A stretch of 64,000 nucleotides of DNA from Candidatus Nomurabacteria bacterium (GTDB lineage Bacteria; Patescibacteriota; WWE3; UBA101185; UBA10185). The position numbers and the translations under genes were made by a program. Below, one piece after another: positions 19,659 through 29,743 of this stretch (the stretch's first letter is position 1; the number at the start of each line of letters is the position of its first letter). Under the pieces are notes generated by a model. That model saw only the letters and a program-made list of their open reading frames with translations. It was not told the origin of the DNA and did not search any database. The stretch covers positions 103,601 through 167,600 of the forward strand of contig JACKGU010000001.1 of the NCBI GenBank assembly GCA_020631855.1, written 5' to 3'.

Positions 19659-19733
19659 GCCCTCGTAGTTCAATGGACAGAACACACCTCTCCTAAGGGT
19701 GAAATATAGGTTCGATTCCTATCGGGGGCACCA
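19659..19733 (+). tRNA. tRNA-Arg (anticodon CCU), CCA encoded
   Basis: The acceptor is GCCCTCG/CGGGGGC, the D-stem GTTC/GAAC, the anticodon loop CT-CCT-AA, and the T-arm contains TAGGTTCGATTCCTA. Confidence 0.8.
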
Positions 19734-19803
19734 CGCTAAATTTTCTCAATAGGGCGTGCGTGTTATATGTTTCAAATTATGTTAATCTAATTTTTGATTA
19801 CCG

Positions 19804-20526
19804 ATGTTCAAACTTTACCCAAAAGTCAGTAAAAAAACTTACGTATACAAGAAGGCTTTATCTGGTCGAGAGGCTTTTGTGGTAAGAGTCGCGTCTTGGT
19901 CTTTGCTGCTTTGCGGACTTATTTTTTTTACCTTAGGCGCCGGGCCGATTATTAAAGATGAAGTATGGTATTACGTAAAAGAAAGACTTAACGTAAAGAC
20001 CCGTTTGGCTAATGGCGAAAATCCAGGAGAAGGAAGCGTTTTTTCAAAATATTTAACCAGCCAGCCCATCCTTATTGAGCCTGTGAATAGAGATTTTTCA
20101 ATTGTTATAGAAAAAATAGGTGTTAACGCTCCTATAGTGGCCGATGTGCCGGTTTCTGATGAAGAGGCGTATAACGAGTCTTTGAAGAGCGGAATTGCTC
20201 ACGCGGCAGTTTCAGACTATCCCTCGGTCGAACCCGGAAATGTATATTTATTTGCCCACTCCTCTCTTGATTTTTGGAAGCTTGGGAAGTTTGCTACTGT
20301 TTTCAATTTGTTGCGTAAACTCGAGGTTGGGGACTTAGTGCACGTTTTTTATGAAGACGAAGAGTACATATACAAGGTTGTGAATAAAGAAATATTATCA
20401 GGATGGAATACGTACCCCATTACACGTCCTGTTATTGAACCCACTTTAACTTTGCAAACCTGCAATCCTCCCGGAACTACTATCAACAGGCTTGTAGTAA
20501 CCGCAAACCTTATTGAGAAGAGATAG
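19804..20526 (+). CDS. Sortase-family transpeptidase (second copy)
   Basis: An N-terminal transmembrane helix is present. The catalytic 'TLTLQTCNPPG' (TLxTC) lies near the C-terminus and the His is in 'LFAHSS'. Confidence 0.7.
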   Translation: MFKLYPKVSKKTYVYKKALSGREAFVVRVASWSLLLCGLIFFTLGAGPIIKDEVWYYVKERLNVKTRLANGENPGEGSVFSKYLTSQPILIEPVNRDFSIVIEKIGVNAPIVADVPVSDEEAYNESLKSGIAHAAVSDYPSVEPGNVYLFAHSSLDFWKLGKFATVFNLLRKLEVGDLVHVFYEDEEYIYKVVNKEILSGWNTYPITRPVIEPTLTLQTCNPPGTTINRLVVTANLIEKR

Positions 20527-20573
20527 GGTCTGTAGACTTTGCGTGTTTTATAATTTCGTTTTAACTCGTTTTT

Positions 20574-21725
20574 TTATCTTATACCGATTGTGTAGAGATT
20601 AACTTCCTCGTCCGATTTAAAAGAAGTTAAAATTATTATTTTGTCTCCTGATGGAGCGCTATACACGTTGCTTGAATATAGCTTTCCGCTATAAAGTAGG
20701 GTTTTGTTGCTTCCGTCAATTCTAACCAAATAAATTGAGCCGCTCTTTGATTCCTGATCGTAATTCTCTACAAGAATGAGATGGTAGCTGTCGGCGTACC
20801 AAGATATTATTGGTTGAGGCGAATTTTTATCTATGGTAAATACAAGAGTGTCTTTTTTCTCGCCTATAGGTAAGGGTTTTTCCATATTATATGTTTTATA
20901 CTCAAGCTGATCGCCGTTTTCTTGTATGTACATAAATTTTTTTCCATCCGGTGACCAGAGGCTGTCTATTGATTTTGCCATCTGTGCAAAGTCGTCCGAA
21001 ATATCGATTTTTTGTATAAAGTCTTCGCGCTTCTTTAATAGTTCCGAAAGCCAGCGTTCTCTTATTGTGTCTGGAGATTCTGTTGTTTGCGAGGTTCTAG
21101 TTTCTATGTCGATAAGATGATAGATATCTTTGTCATCTTGAACCAGTAATTCTGTTTCATCGGGCGACCACTCAATGGATTTTCCTAGAGAAAAAAGTGT
21201 TCTGGCAGTATTTTCTATGGCTATTGAAGGCGTGGATTTAAAAAGGTTAATTCCGGATTGAGTCAGAGGTATTATCCAGATTCCCGGAGCGTTAAGATCG
21301 TTTGTGAAGTATGCAAGTTTCGAGAGTGAAGGTGAGACAACGGGATATCTGGCTCCGGTATTTGTTAGAGGTTCAAAACTCGGACTTCCGGATACAAGTA
21401 CTGCGGTGATATCCGTAACTAGTTCTTGAAAAACTTCTATGTCTTTTTCCCACGGTATAAATCCACTTTTAACGATTTTTAGTTTATATGTTCCCGGATT
21501 CAAGCTGGGAATACTGTTGTTTGTTGCGGCTTTTAAGACATCATTGACGTATACGCTTGCGCCGTCTGGAATTGATTTCACATTAATCATGCCGGTTTGT
21601 TTAAAATCTATCGGTCTGGATGTTTCTTTTGAAATTCTGTATCCCGATGTGTAGAGATATATTAAAGCAGTGATGCCTATTAAAACTGCCCCAGTTATAG
21701 TTGATTGAAAAAGCTTACCCTTCAT
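20574..21725 (-). CDS. Membrane-anchored PEGA-domain protein with a C-terminal beta-propeller-like region
   Basis: 'VKSIPDGASVYVNDVLKAATNNSIPSLNPGTYKLKIVKSGFIPWEKDIEV' is a PEGA-domain pattern. Confidence 0.5.
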   Translation of the reverse strand: MKGKLFQSTITGAVLIGITALIYLYTSGYRISKETSRPIDFKQTGMINVKSIPDGASVYVNDVLKAATNNSIPSLNPGTYKLKIVKSGFIPWEKDIEVFQELVTDITAVLVSGSPSFEPLTNTGARYPVVSPSLSKLAYFTNDLNAPGIWIIPLTQSGINLFKSTPSIAIENTARTLFSLGKSIEWSPDETELLVQDDKDIYHLIDIETRTSQTTESPDTIRERWLSELLKKREDFIQKIDISDDFAQMAKSIDSLWSPDGKKFMYIQENGDQLEYKTYNMEKPLPIGEKKDTLVFTIDKNSPQPIISWYADSYHLILVENYDQESKSGSIYLVRIDGSNKTLLYSGKLYSSNVYSAPSGDKIIILTSFKSDEEVNLYTIGIR

Positions 21726-21752
21726 ATCTAGTGATTCTACCGCTAAAAGATT

Positions 21753-22910
21753 TTGTCAGCAACTTGTTGTATACTTATCTGCATGAAGATAGCTATAGAT
21801 GCTTATCAGATGGCCACAGAAGGTAGAGTAGGAACTACTACCTACATATACAATACTGTCAAAAACATTCTTGAAAACAATCAAAAAAATCAAACCTTGT
21901 TGTATGCGCCCGGTGATATTTTAGATGAGTACACATTGCCTAGTGCTAAATCAAAGATTTTACCCACTTTTATTTCTTGGACTCAGGTTAGTTTGTTGTT
22001 GGAACTTTTACGAAACAACCCGGATGTTATTTTGCTTCCAAGGCAGACCCTGCCTGTGCTATACAGGCCAGTGAGGAAGCTACTTCGTGTTGCAACTCTT
22101 GGAAGGTATAGGGGTACAAAGCTCGTTTCAGTAATACACGATATTTCGGGTGGTTGGATGCGTTATGGTCCGACTTTTGCAACCTGTGTTTTATCTGATC
22201 AAATTGTTGCTGTATCTCAAAGTACAAAAAAAGACATGGTCAGCGCTTTTAAAATACCTGAAGATAAAGTGCAGGTTATATACGAAGGTCTGGATGAAAG
22301 CATTTTTAAGGCCGGGCCAAAAGATGTGTCGATGATAAAGGAAAAGTATAGCGAAAACTGCGATTACGTTTTATATGTTGGAAGCTTGATTAAGAGAAAG
22401 AATCTTGATCGTCTTATTGAAGCCTTTGCTCAAGTAAAAGAGTCAGAATTAGTTGCTGAGAAGTATCCGAAGCTCAAGCTAGTTCTGGCCGGAGGCTATG
22501 ATCCTAAAAATAAATACGCAGAACAGTTGCTTGAGAAAGTATCAGTAGCAAAAGATGTTATATATGTTGGAAAAGTTCCTCAAGAGGAACTGGGAGCTTT
22601 ATACAGCGGTGCTTTAGTTACGGCGCTTGTATCGTTAAAAGAGGGTTTTGGGTTGACAATTTTAGAGTCACAGGCTTGTGGCACGCCTGTCCTGACTTCA
22701 AATATTAGCTCAATGTACGAAATCAGCGATAATTCCTGCATGCACTGCAATCCTTATGATACACACTCGATAAATAACACCATGCAAGAGATAATATTAA
22801 ACGACCCTTTAAAAACTGAATTAATAACAAGAGGTCTTAAAAACATAAAAAAATACAACTGGGGCAGTTCAGCGTCTTCTTTAGTTAGATTAATGTCTAA
22901 AATACCTTAA
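21753..22910 (+). CDS. GT4-family glycosyltransferase (GT-B fold)
   Basis: 'YVGSLIKRKNLDRLIEAF' and 'EGFGLTILESQACGTPVLTSN' (E-x7-E region) are present. Confidence 0.75.
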   Translation: MSATCCILICMKIAIDAYQMATEGRVGTTTYIYNTVKNILENNQKNQTLLYAPGDILDEYTLPSAKSKILPTFISWTQVSLLLELLRNNPDVILLPRQTLPVLYRPVRKLLRVATLGRYRGTKLVSVIHDISGGWMRYGPTFATCVLSDQIVAVSQSTKKDMVSAFKIPEDKVQVIYEGLDESIFKAGPKDVSMIKEKYSENCDYVLYVGSLIKRKNLDRLIEAFAQVKESELVAEKYPKLKLVLAGGYDPKNKYAEQLLEKVSVAKDVIYVGKVPQEELGALYSGALVTALVSLKEGFGLTILESQACGTPVLTSNISSMYEISDNSCMHCNPYDTHSINNTMQEIILNDPLKTELITRGLKNIKKYNWGSSASSLVRLMSKIP

Positions 22911-23742
22911 AAAACAATAAGTCTAAATCTTAAGAATAAAATACCTTCTTAATATATAAAATAAACCTCTAAATAACAAAAAAATATATTTACGTATCAG
23001 AACTCATTTAAATGTCTTATTAAGTGTAGTACTACATTTAAAAATGTACTAATCACCCTATGTAAGAAGTAATCTTCCTTAATGCTTTTTATACTCTTGA
23101 ATAACTTAGATAATGTCACTATATACTATTATATGTTCAGTTGCCTTATAATATCATAAGTAAACCCTGACGTTTAGTGTAACAACTTAAAACATTTAAA
23201 TGATTTATTAAAGTGTATGTATGTTTTAAATAACACGTAAGAACATTTAAACGTTTATATTGTTTTATACACAATTATGCAATAAACATAAACTGCTAAA
23301 CATTATATGAGTATCAATAGGAAAATATATAACACTATAGAAACCAATAGCGATCTCTTAGTAGTAAATAAGCAGCCCTAGATGTTGTGGCAATCAAAAA
23401 CATCTTAGAGCATCGAAGGGCATACAATAATATATAAAAGAGAGAATGAAAAGGCTCGCTGATTATTCTTAAAATAAATTTTTAATAAGAACTTATAAGA
23501 AATAAGTGCTTATTACAAATCAAAGAATACTTTATATTTTCTCTATTTTTTGCTCTTCAGCCTGTGCGACATGTCTCAAAGTGTAATAAACGTGTATAAT
23601 AAACAAGAGTGCGAAAATGTATTACAATTGCTAGCACCGCAAATTATTTTAGCAGTCATACAAAAGCATGAAAACGTTTCTCTCTGGCTTCAAATTTTTT
23701 TGAAATTAACTTTCTTTAGAATTTGTATGAATAGTATAAGTT

Positions 23743-24858
23743 GTGCTGTCTTTGGCAAACCCGGACTATAGGGCGTTGACATGTCATAAAAATTTATGCA
23801 ACCATAAAGACATGAAATTAGATGATAGATTTTATACCTCGACCGAAGTAGCTGAAATTTTAGGCGTTAGCCTAAGGTCTGTTTATCGATACCTTGAAGA
23901 AGGTAAGATTGATGCTGAGATAAAAACAGCAACAGGTAGACATAGATTTACAAAACAGAACATTATGGACTTTTTATATCCAAGTCAACATGATGGGTCT
24001 TCAGAAAGCAACCAACAACAATCTACTAATAAGTATACTGTTTCTCGTGATCTTGATTCTGCAAATAATGTGTCTTCTCAAGACAATAAGCTTGCGGGCG
24101 ATGAAGATGATGATTTAGATTTATTTAGTGATGTCCAAGATGAAGAAGACGATGTTATTTCAGAACAAGCCCAGGGAGAAGAGATTGATTGGCTGGCTAA
24201 ATTCAGAGCAGCGGCACAAAAATATTCGCAAAATCCTGCAAGTGATACTCAGGATAAGTCTGCTCAAGACAAAACTCTAGAAGATGGAAGTGATGAAGTG
24301 CTTTCAGATGTAACTGATTCATATTATGATACAGCTCGTCAACAAGAGTCGCTGGACTCTTTGCTAGATACCTCTGATGACGGTTTGGCAGGTGTGGAGG
24401 AAGAATACGAGGATGATGGTGATCTTCCAGTTGATTATGTGCCTGTGCAGCAAAAGAAGGTCGCTGATAAGATTGAGAAGTATTATACAAGTGACGTAGG
24501 TGGCTTAAGAGAGCTAGCACAATATATAAATAAAGCCAGTAGAAAATCAAACGTTCCTTACGCTTTTACAATGAATTCCGGCATGTCTTTACATAAATTA
24601 ATAAGACCATTCTCAGTTCTTCATGCTTATGTGAAAGATACTGACCTGGAATTTTTTGAAAAGTCTTTAGAGCTTACTGAGTCTGACGCCGGCAATGCCC
24701 AGCTATGCTTATACGTAGTTTCTAGTAATAAAGTTTTTGATGAGGGTAAAGAGATGCACGGCTTGAACGTAGTTTCCGATCAACAGCTCAGAAAAGACCT
24801 TATAGATAGTGGAGAAATAGACTTAGCTAATGAGCTAGACGAGGTGGTAGGCTTCTAA
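23743..24858 (+). CDS. Protein with an N-terminal excisionase/MerR-type HTH (HTH_17-like) and a long acidic low-complexity C-terminal region; the likely start is the ATG at 23812
   Basis: 'FYTSTEVAEILGVSLRSVYRYLEEGKIDAEIKTATGRHRFTKQNIMDFL' matches the HTH_17 pattern. Runs of Asp/Glu/Ser follow. Confidence 0.5.
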   Translation: MLSLANPDYRALTCHKNLCNHKDMKLDDRFYTSTEVAEILGVSLRSVYRYLEEGKIDAEIKTATGRHRFTKQNIMDFLYPSQHDGSSESNQQQSTNKYTVSRDLDSANNVSSQDNKLAGDEDDDLDLFSDVQDEEDDVISEQAQGEEIDWLAKFRAAAQKYSQNPASDTQDKSAQDKTLEDGSDEVLSDVTDSYYDTARQQESLDSLLDTSDDGLAGVEEEYEDDGDLPVDYVPVQQKKVADKIEKYYTSDVGGLRELAQYINKASRKSNVPYAFTMNSGMSLHKLIRPFSVLHAYVKDTDLEFFEKSLELTESDAGNAQLCLYVVSSNKVFDEGKEMHGLNVVSDQQLRKDLIDSGEIDLANELDEVVGF

Positions 24859-24881
24859 GTAATTTCATTTGGTTATAATGC

Positions 24882-24918
24882 GGGGCCCCCGAGTTTTCTC
24901 GGGGGCCTTTTCGTTTTT
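24882..24918 (+). terminator. Rho-independent terminator (GGCCCCCGAG-TTTT-CTCGGGGGCC followed by TTTTCGTTTTT)
   Basis: A perfect 10 bp GC-rich stem and T-tract are visible. Confidence 0.6.
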
Positions 24919-24948
24919 AGTCCGATTTGTGCAGTCATTATGGGATAG

Positions 24949-26559
24949 GTGCTTTTTTTGTGTTACAATCTACTTGTTGCAATTATGAAAAATTCCAAGA
25001 AGTCGATAATAAAAGCCTTAGAGACTATAATAGAAACTCAAGCCGGAACAGCCGACAAGGTGCAAAAAGTTCTCATGGTTGGGGCCGAGGTCGCGCCCTA
25101 TGCTACGGTCGGAGGCTTTTCATATGTACTCTCTTATTTATCCAAGGAGTTGGTAAGGCTAGGGCACGATGTTCGTTTGTTTATGCCCAGATTTGGCTTC
25201 ATCGACCAAGAAAAATACAATATCGAGATGGTTTATGAGGGCCTTAAGGTTCCTACTGATAACATAGAAATTCCTTATTTGATATGTAATGTCAAAAGCG
25301 CCGTGAGTCCTTCCGGTGTTACAGTTTATTTTCTGGAAAACAACGAATACTATGAAAAAAGAGCTAATGTCTACTCATATAGTGATGATTCTATACGCTG
25401 GGCTTTGCTTTCTAGGGGGGCATTGGAGTTTATAAAGACCGGTATTTTTGTTCCTGATGTTATACATTCGAACGATTGGCATACGGGCATTGTGTCCAAC
25501 TATTTAAAAACCTCATATGCTAAAGAACCACTATTGAGTGATATTGCTACTGTTTTTACTATTCATAATCTTTCAATTCAGGGTTACATGCTTGATCATA
25601 ATAATGTTTCTGAGTTGGATTTTGATGATGGTCGTTCCGCTATTGCTGATTTTTTTAGCGACAGGATAAAAAAACAAAACTTTATGAGGCGAGGTATATT
25701 GTACTCAGATGTTGTAAACACGGTGTCCAAAGGGTATGCAAAAGAGGTTCTAACACCAGAATATGGCGAGAGTCTGGATAGACTCTTGTTAGAGGTAAAG
25801 GAAAAATTCTTCGGAATTGTCAATGGCATTGACTATGAAGAGTTTAATCCAAAAACAGATAAGCTTTTGTTTCAAAACTATGACAAGAGTACTTTAGAGA
25901 AGAGGTCTATGAATAAATTGGCGCTTCAAGAAGAATTCGATCTTCCTGTCAACCAGGACATTCCGGTTTTTGGTTTCGTTGGGCGCCTTGATTTTCAGAA
26001 AGGTGTGGATTTAATAGTCCGTACTTTTGGACATGTGCTAAAAGATTATAATGTTCAATTTGTTCAAGTAGGTGGTGGAGATTCAGGTCTGGCTTCGATG
26101 CTTAAGGAGCTGAAAGACACCTTTCCTTTGAATGTAGGCATTCATCCTTACCCAAACTTTACTCTACCTAGAAAATTATTTGCCGGATGTGATTGTATTA
26201 TGTACCCTTCGAGATTTGAACCTTGCGGAGTTGTTCAGCTTGAAGCGATGCGATATGGGGCTGCTCCTCTTGTTAGGAATGTGGGTGGGTTGAAAGAAAC
26301 TGTGGAAAATTTTGATTCTTTAACAGGCGAGGGAACGGGCTTTGTGTTCAATGACTTTGACGAATTTTCTTTATATGGTCAGTTAGTTAGGGTAGTCGAG
26401 TTGTTAAAAAACAAAGGTCTTTGGAGACGTTTACAGCTTAATGCAATGTCACAAGATTTTAGCTGGACATTTAGTGCCAAAGAGTACGTTAAATTGTATG
26501 AACTTTCAGAGAAGTTTAGGACAAAAACTCTAGTAACCAGAAATCCCTTGTATAATTGA
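24949..26559 (+). CDS. glgA: Glycogen/starch synthase (GT5)
   Basis: The N-terminal 'KVLMVGAEVAPYATVGGFSYVLSYLSKEL' (the KxGGL region) and the GT-B C-terminal domain are present. Confidence 0.75.
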   Translation: MLFLCYNLLVAIMKNSKKSIIKALETIIETQAGTADKVQKVLMVGAEVAPYATVGGFSYVLSYLSKELVRLGHDVRLFMPRFGFIDQEKYNIEMVYEGLKVPTDNIEIPYLICNVKSAVSPSGVTVYFLENNEYYEKRANVYSYSDDSIRWALLSRGALEFIKTGIFVPDVIHSNDWHTGIVSNYLKTSYAKEPLLSDIATVFTIHNLSIQGYMLDHNNVSELDFDDGRSAIADFFSDRIKKQNFMRRGILYSDVVNTVSKGYAKEVLTPEYGESLDRLLLEVKEKFFGIVNGIDYEEFNPKTDKLLFQNYDKSTLEKRSMNKLALQEEFDLPVNQDIPVFGFVGRLDFQKGVDLIVRTFGHVLKDYNVQFVQVGGGDSGLASMLKELKDTFPLNVGIHPYPNFTLPRKLFAGCDCIMYPSRFEPCGVVQLEAMRYGAAPLVRNVGGLKETVENFDSLTGEGTGFVFNDFDEFSLYGQLVRVVELLKNKGLWRRLQLNAMSQDFSWTFSAKEYVKLYELSEKFRTKTLVTRNPLYN

Positions 26560-26591
26560 CAAACCTATAACACTGTGGTAATATTTGAACA

Positions 26592-27947
26592 TTGAGATCA
26601 GGTGTGGATTGCAGTCTGGGAAGGAGCTTAACTTCCTATTCTGTGGGCAGGAGAATAGGAATTATTCTTCCCAGACTGGAGTTCATACTATACAATAGTT
26701 ACGTGAGGTATTCTTTTTTACTACATTTTTATCAGCCATTTTTTCAGTCCGAGCACGTATTTAGGAAGATTGTTGCAGAGTCTTACGCCCCTTTAATCAA
26801 GCTCGTAAAAAACAAAAAAAACTTAAAACTAACCATAAATATGCCCCTCAGTACTTTGGAATTACTTGATCGTTACGGACATTCCTCAATAATCTCTGAC
26901 ATTAAGGTACTTTCGGAGAGTGGTAAGGTGGAGCTGGTTGGATCTGCTGCTTACCACAATTTACTAACTAAAACCCCAAAGTCAATTAATGAACAAGCTG
27001 TCATTCTAAACGAATACGCCCTTGGATATTATTTGGGTAAGAGGACAGGTTTTGAGGGCGAATCAGCAACAATGTTTAAAGGTATTAGGGGATTTTTCGC
27101 GCCTGAGCTTGCTGTAAACAAGGAAGTAGTTCAATTTGTAGAAGAGTTAGGCTATGAGTGGCTATTAGTAGACCCAACAGCTATTAAAGATTTTTGGGAT
27201 GGGGGTAGTGTGCCTTCTAAGCTGTGCAAATTGGCGGATTCTGAACTAGTGCTTGTATCTAGAGATAAAGTTTTGAGTGATCTCGTGGCTTTCAAAAGAA
27301 ACTCTGATGTTAGGGATCTTGGGCCTTTTATTGCTGGAGATGCTGTAGTATCAGTAGATGCTGAGACTTTCGGGCATCACAACGTTAATGGTTTACTTTT
27401 GCTCGAGAACCTAATCGAGTTGATCTCGGACCAAGGAGGTGAAATAGTCACAATATCAGAATATATTTCATACTTTGCAACTGAGCCGATAGGCGAGGTT
27501 TGCGAAAGTACTTGGGCCGCATCTTTGCAGAATTCCGACCCTTATGTTTATTGGAGCTCTGAGGAAAATGAGCTGCAGGTCGCGCTGTGGAAAACGCTTA
27601 GGACATTGTGGAACCATTTTGAAGGAATGACATACAATGAAATAACACAATTTGAGGTCTACCCTGTATGGGATTCTTCTGTGGTAAATTTTAATTCCGG
27701 TTCTACAGACACTAACCTTGTACTTTTCAATCTTCTTCTAGTGAATGTTCTTAAAGTTTCAAGCAGCGATCAGTTTTGGTGGTCTTCTCGTAAGAAAATA
27801 TTTGATTCTCCTATTTTATTCAATAAATCCATCATTTCAAGTTATATTGACATGTACAGAAGTATCATGAATTTAGATACTATAAAAGATACTAGAGATC
27901 TAAAATCTTTGTTGGAGATAGTTGAAGATAGGCTGCAAAAAGAATGA
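26592..27947 (+). CDS. GH57-family glycoside hydrolase-like protein (alpha-glucan branching or debranching type)
   Basis: The 'LHFYQP' N-terminal motif and the catalytic-region 'DAETFGHH' are present. It is paralogous to the next gene. Confidence 0.5.
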   Translation: MRSGVDCSLGRSLTSYSVGRRIGIILPRLEFILYNSYVRYSFLLHFYQPFFQSEHVFRKIVAESYAPLIKLVKNKKNLKLTINMPLSTLELLDRYGHSSIISDIKVLSESGKVELVGSAAYHNLLTKTPKSINEQAVILNEYALGYYLGKRTGFEGESATMFKGIRGFFAPELAVNKEVVQFVEELGYEWLLVDPTAIKDFWDGGSVPSKLCKLADSELVLVSRDKVLSDLVAFKRNSDVRDLGPFIAGDAVVSVDAETFGHHNVNGLLLLENLIELISDQGGEIVTISEYISYFATEPIGEVCESTWAASLQNSDPYVYWSSEENELQVALWKTLRTLWNHFEGMTYNEITQFEVYPVWDSSVVNFNSGSTDTNLVLFNLLLVNVLKVSSSDQFWWSSRKKIFDSPILFNKSIISSYIDMYRSIMNLDTIKDTRDLKSLLEIVEDRLQKE

Positions 27948-29572
27948 GTTTGGCGCAGGGTAGGAAAAGAGAGGACATGATTGAGGCTTTTTTATTATTA
28001 CATTTTTATCAGCCCTACGATCAAGAAAAGCATATAATCGACAGAGTGCTCAGGGAGTCTTATCTTCCTCTTATAAACCTATTTAGAGAAAACCCTTCCC
28101 TTAAGGCTATTTTTAATATTTCCGGTTCACTGACCAAGTTGTTATTGGAAAATGGTTATTCTGAGTTTGTCGATGGGTTGAAAGAGCTATTGATATCTAA
28201 TCAGATTGAGCTTACGGCGACCTCCATGTATCATGCTTTTCTACCTTTGTTGCCTGAAAAAGAAATATTAAGACAAATAAATCTAAATAATGATTTTTAT
28301 AAACAGCTTCTAGGGGATTTATATTTACCTTCTGGCTTTTATTCTCCTGAATTGGCAATAAGCGAGGAGTTGCTTTCTGTTGTGTCTTCTGAGTTTGGTT
28401 ACACATGGTTTGCCTGTCCGAAACTTTGTGTTGACGAGAAAGTTTATAATCCGAATTTACTTTATAGGCATAAATCTACCGGCAGCTTTTTATTTATTAG
28501 AAATAAGGAGATGAGCAATACTTTGCTTTCAGGTTATCTGCGAGATGAGAGGGCAGTAGATTCAGTAATTGCTTCTTCTGCTGACCGAAAGATCTTTAAA
28601 TGGTATTTGGCAATGGATGCAGAAACTTTTGGACACCATAGGGTGGGATATGTGAAAGACTTACAAAGACTGTTACTATCTGAAGAAATACACACTTCAA
28701 CCCTAAAGGATTGTGTTTCACAAGGGCCTCTTTCTGAGAAAACTGTGGATATTTCTGTCCGTTCTTGCACGTGGTCCAATACTGAGCAAGATTTTTGGTT
28801 GAAAAATGAAAGTGGTGAAGTATATGTAAATTCTTTTAGTTTATGGAAAGACAATGACAACCCTATTCATAGGTCTCAGTGGGAGTTGCTTGATTATGTT
28901 TTAGATATACTGAATAAGAGCTCTAAAGAAGAAAACTACTCTTATGCCAGGGAGGTAATGGATTATGCTGTTTCTTCAGATCAGTTTTGGTGGGCGAGCG
29001 CCAAGCCTTGGTGGAGTATTGAGATGGTAGAGAAGGGGGCTTATCTTTTAACCTCTGTTGTGGAAATGCTACACACAAAGGATAGTGAGGAGTACCATAA
29101 GGCACAGGCTCTGTATCAAGAAATAATGAGAAATGTCTTTTGGTGGCATAGAACAGGAAGATCTAAAAATCTTGGAATTACCCCCGAAGAAAGAGGGCAT
29201 GGTGAAAAAAAGGACCCAATGTTGCTCAGAACTTCTCCGGAATGGTTTAATCAGATTATGTTGGAATTGGAGTATGAGATGCTTCGGGCAGAACAAACAA
29301 AAAACTACGAGTTAGCAATAAAATGGCGTGACGCAATATATAAACTTTCTCTCATGAACGATGACTTAGATGTTTTACATGTGGTGGATGAGCTGTGGTC
29401 TTTCAGACCTGATCCGTGGAACACCACCCTGGTCAAACCTTTTTTGGAGCATGATTGGTCAGAGTTTTCTGATTTTATAAAAAAATTCCTTATTTATGTT
29501 TCTTCCGAGGAAGATTTATTGTACTGGAAAGAGCATAAAAAGCCTAAAAAGCACCAAAGCATTAGTTTATAA
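27944..29572 (+). CDS. GH57-family glycoside hydrolase-like protein (paralog)
   Basis: 'LLHFYQPY' and 'DAETFGHH' are present. It overlaps the upstream gene by 4 nt. Confidence 0.5.
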   Translation: MSLAQGRKREDMIEAFLLLHFYQPYDQEKHIIDRVLRESYLPLINLFRENPSLKAIFNISGSLTKLLLENGYSEFVDGLKELLISNQIELTATSMYHAFLPLLPEKEILRQINLNNDFYKQLLGDLYLPSGFYSPELAISEELLSVVSSEFGYTWFACPKLCVDEKVYNPNLLYRHKSTGSFLFIRNKEMSNTLLSGYLRDERAVDSVIASSADRKIFKWYLAMDAETFGHHRVGYVKDLQRLLLSEEIHTSTLKDCVSQGPLSEKTVDISVRSCTWSNTEQDFWLKNESGEVYVNSFSLWKDNDNPIHRSQWELLDYVLDILNKSSKEENYSYAREVMDYAVSSDQFWWASAKPWWSIEMVEKGAYLLTSVVEMLHTKDSEEYHKAQALYQEIMRNVFWWHRTGRSKNLGITPEERGHGEKKDPMLLRTSPEWFNQIMLELEYEMLRAEQTKNYELAIKWRDAIYKLSLMNDDLDVLHVVDELWSFRPDPWNTTLVKPFLEHDWSEFSDFIKKFLIYVSSEEDLLYWKEHKKPKKHQSISL

Positions 29573-29688
29573 TTTCGTTACTTGAAACTACTTGTGCAAG
29601 CTAGTAGATGTGGTTTATCCAACATGTTGGGCTTTGCAATGCAAAGAAATTACAGCAAACCGCCTGCATAAGGTGTTGGTGATTTATA
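29567..29688 (+). repeat. Intergenic roughly 125 bp repeat element, copy D (its 5' end overlaps the TAA stop)
   Basis: TTTATAATTTCGTTACTTGAAACTACTTGTGCAAGCTAGTAGATGTGGTTTATCCAACATGTTGGGCTTTGCAATGCAAAG... Confidence 0.75.
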
Positions 29689-29743
29689 GATTCGGCAATG
29701 TTCGTTTGTATTAAACAGCTCTCTTTTTTGCTATCATTGTTTT

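Noticed and set aside
24203-24550. Minus-strand 115-aa ORF (His/Leu-rich) inside the acidic-tail gene
   Set aside because: It is antisense to GAA/GAT-rich coding sequence and is spurious.
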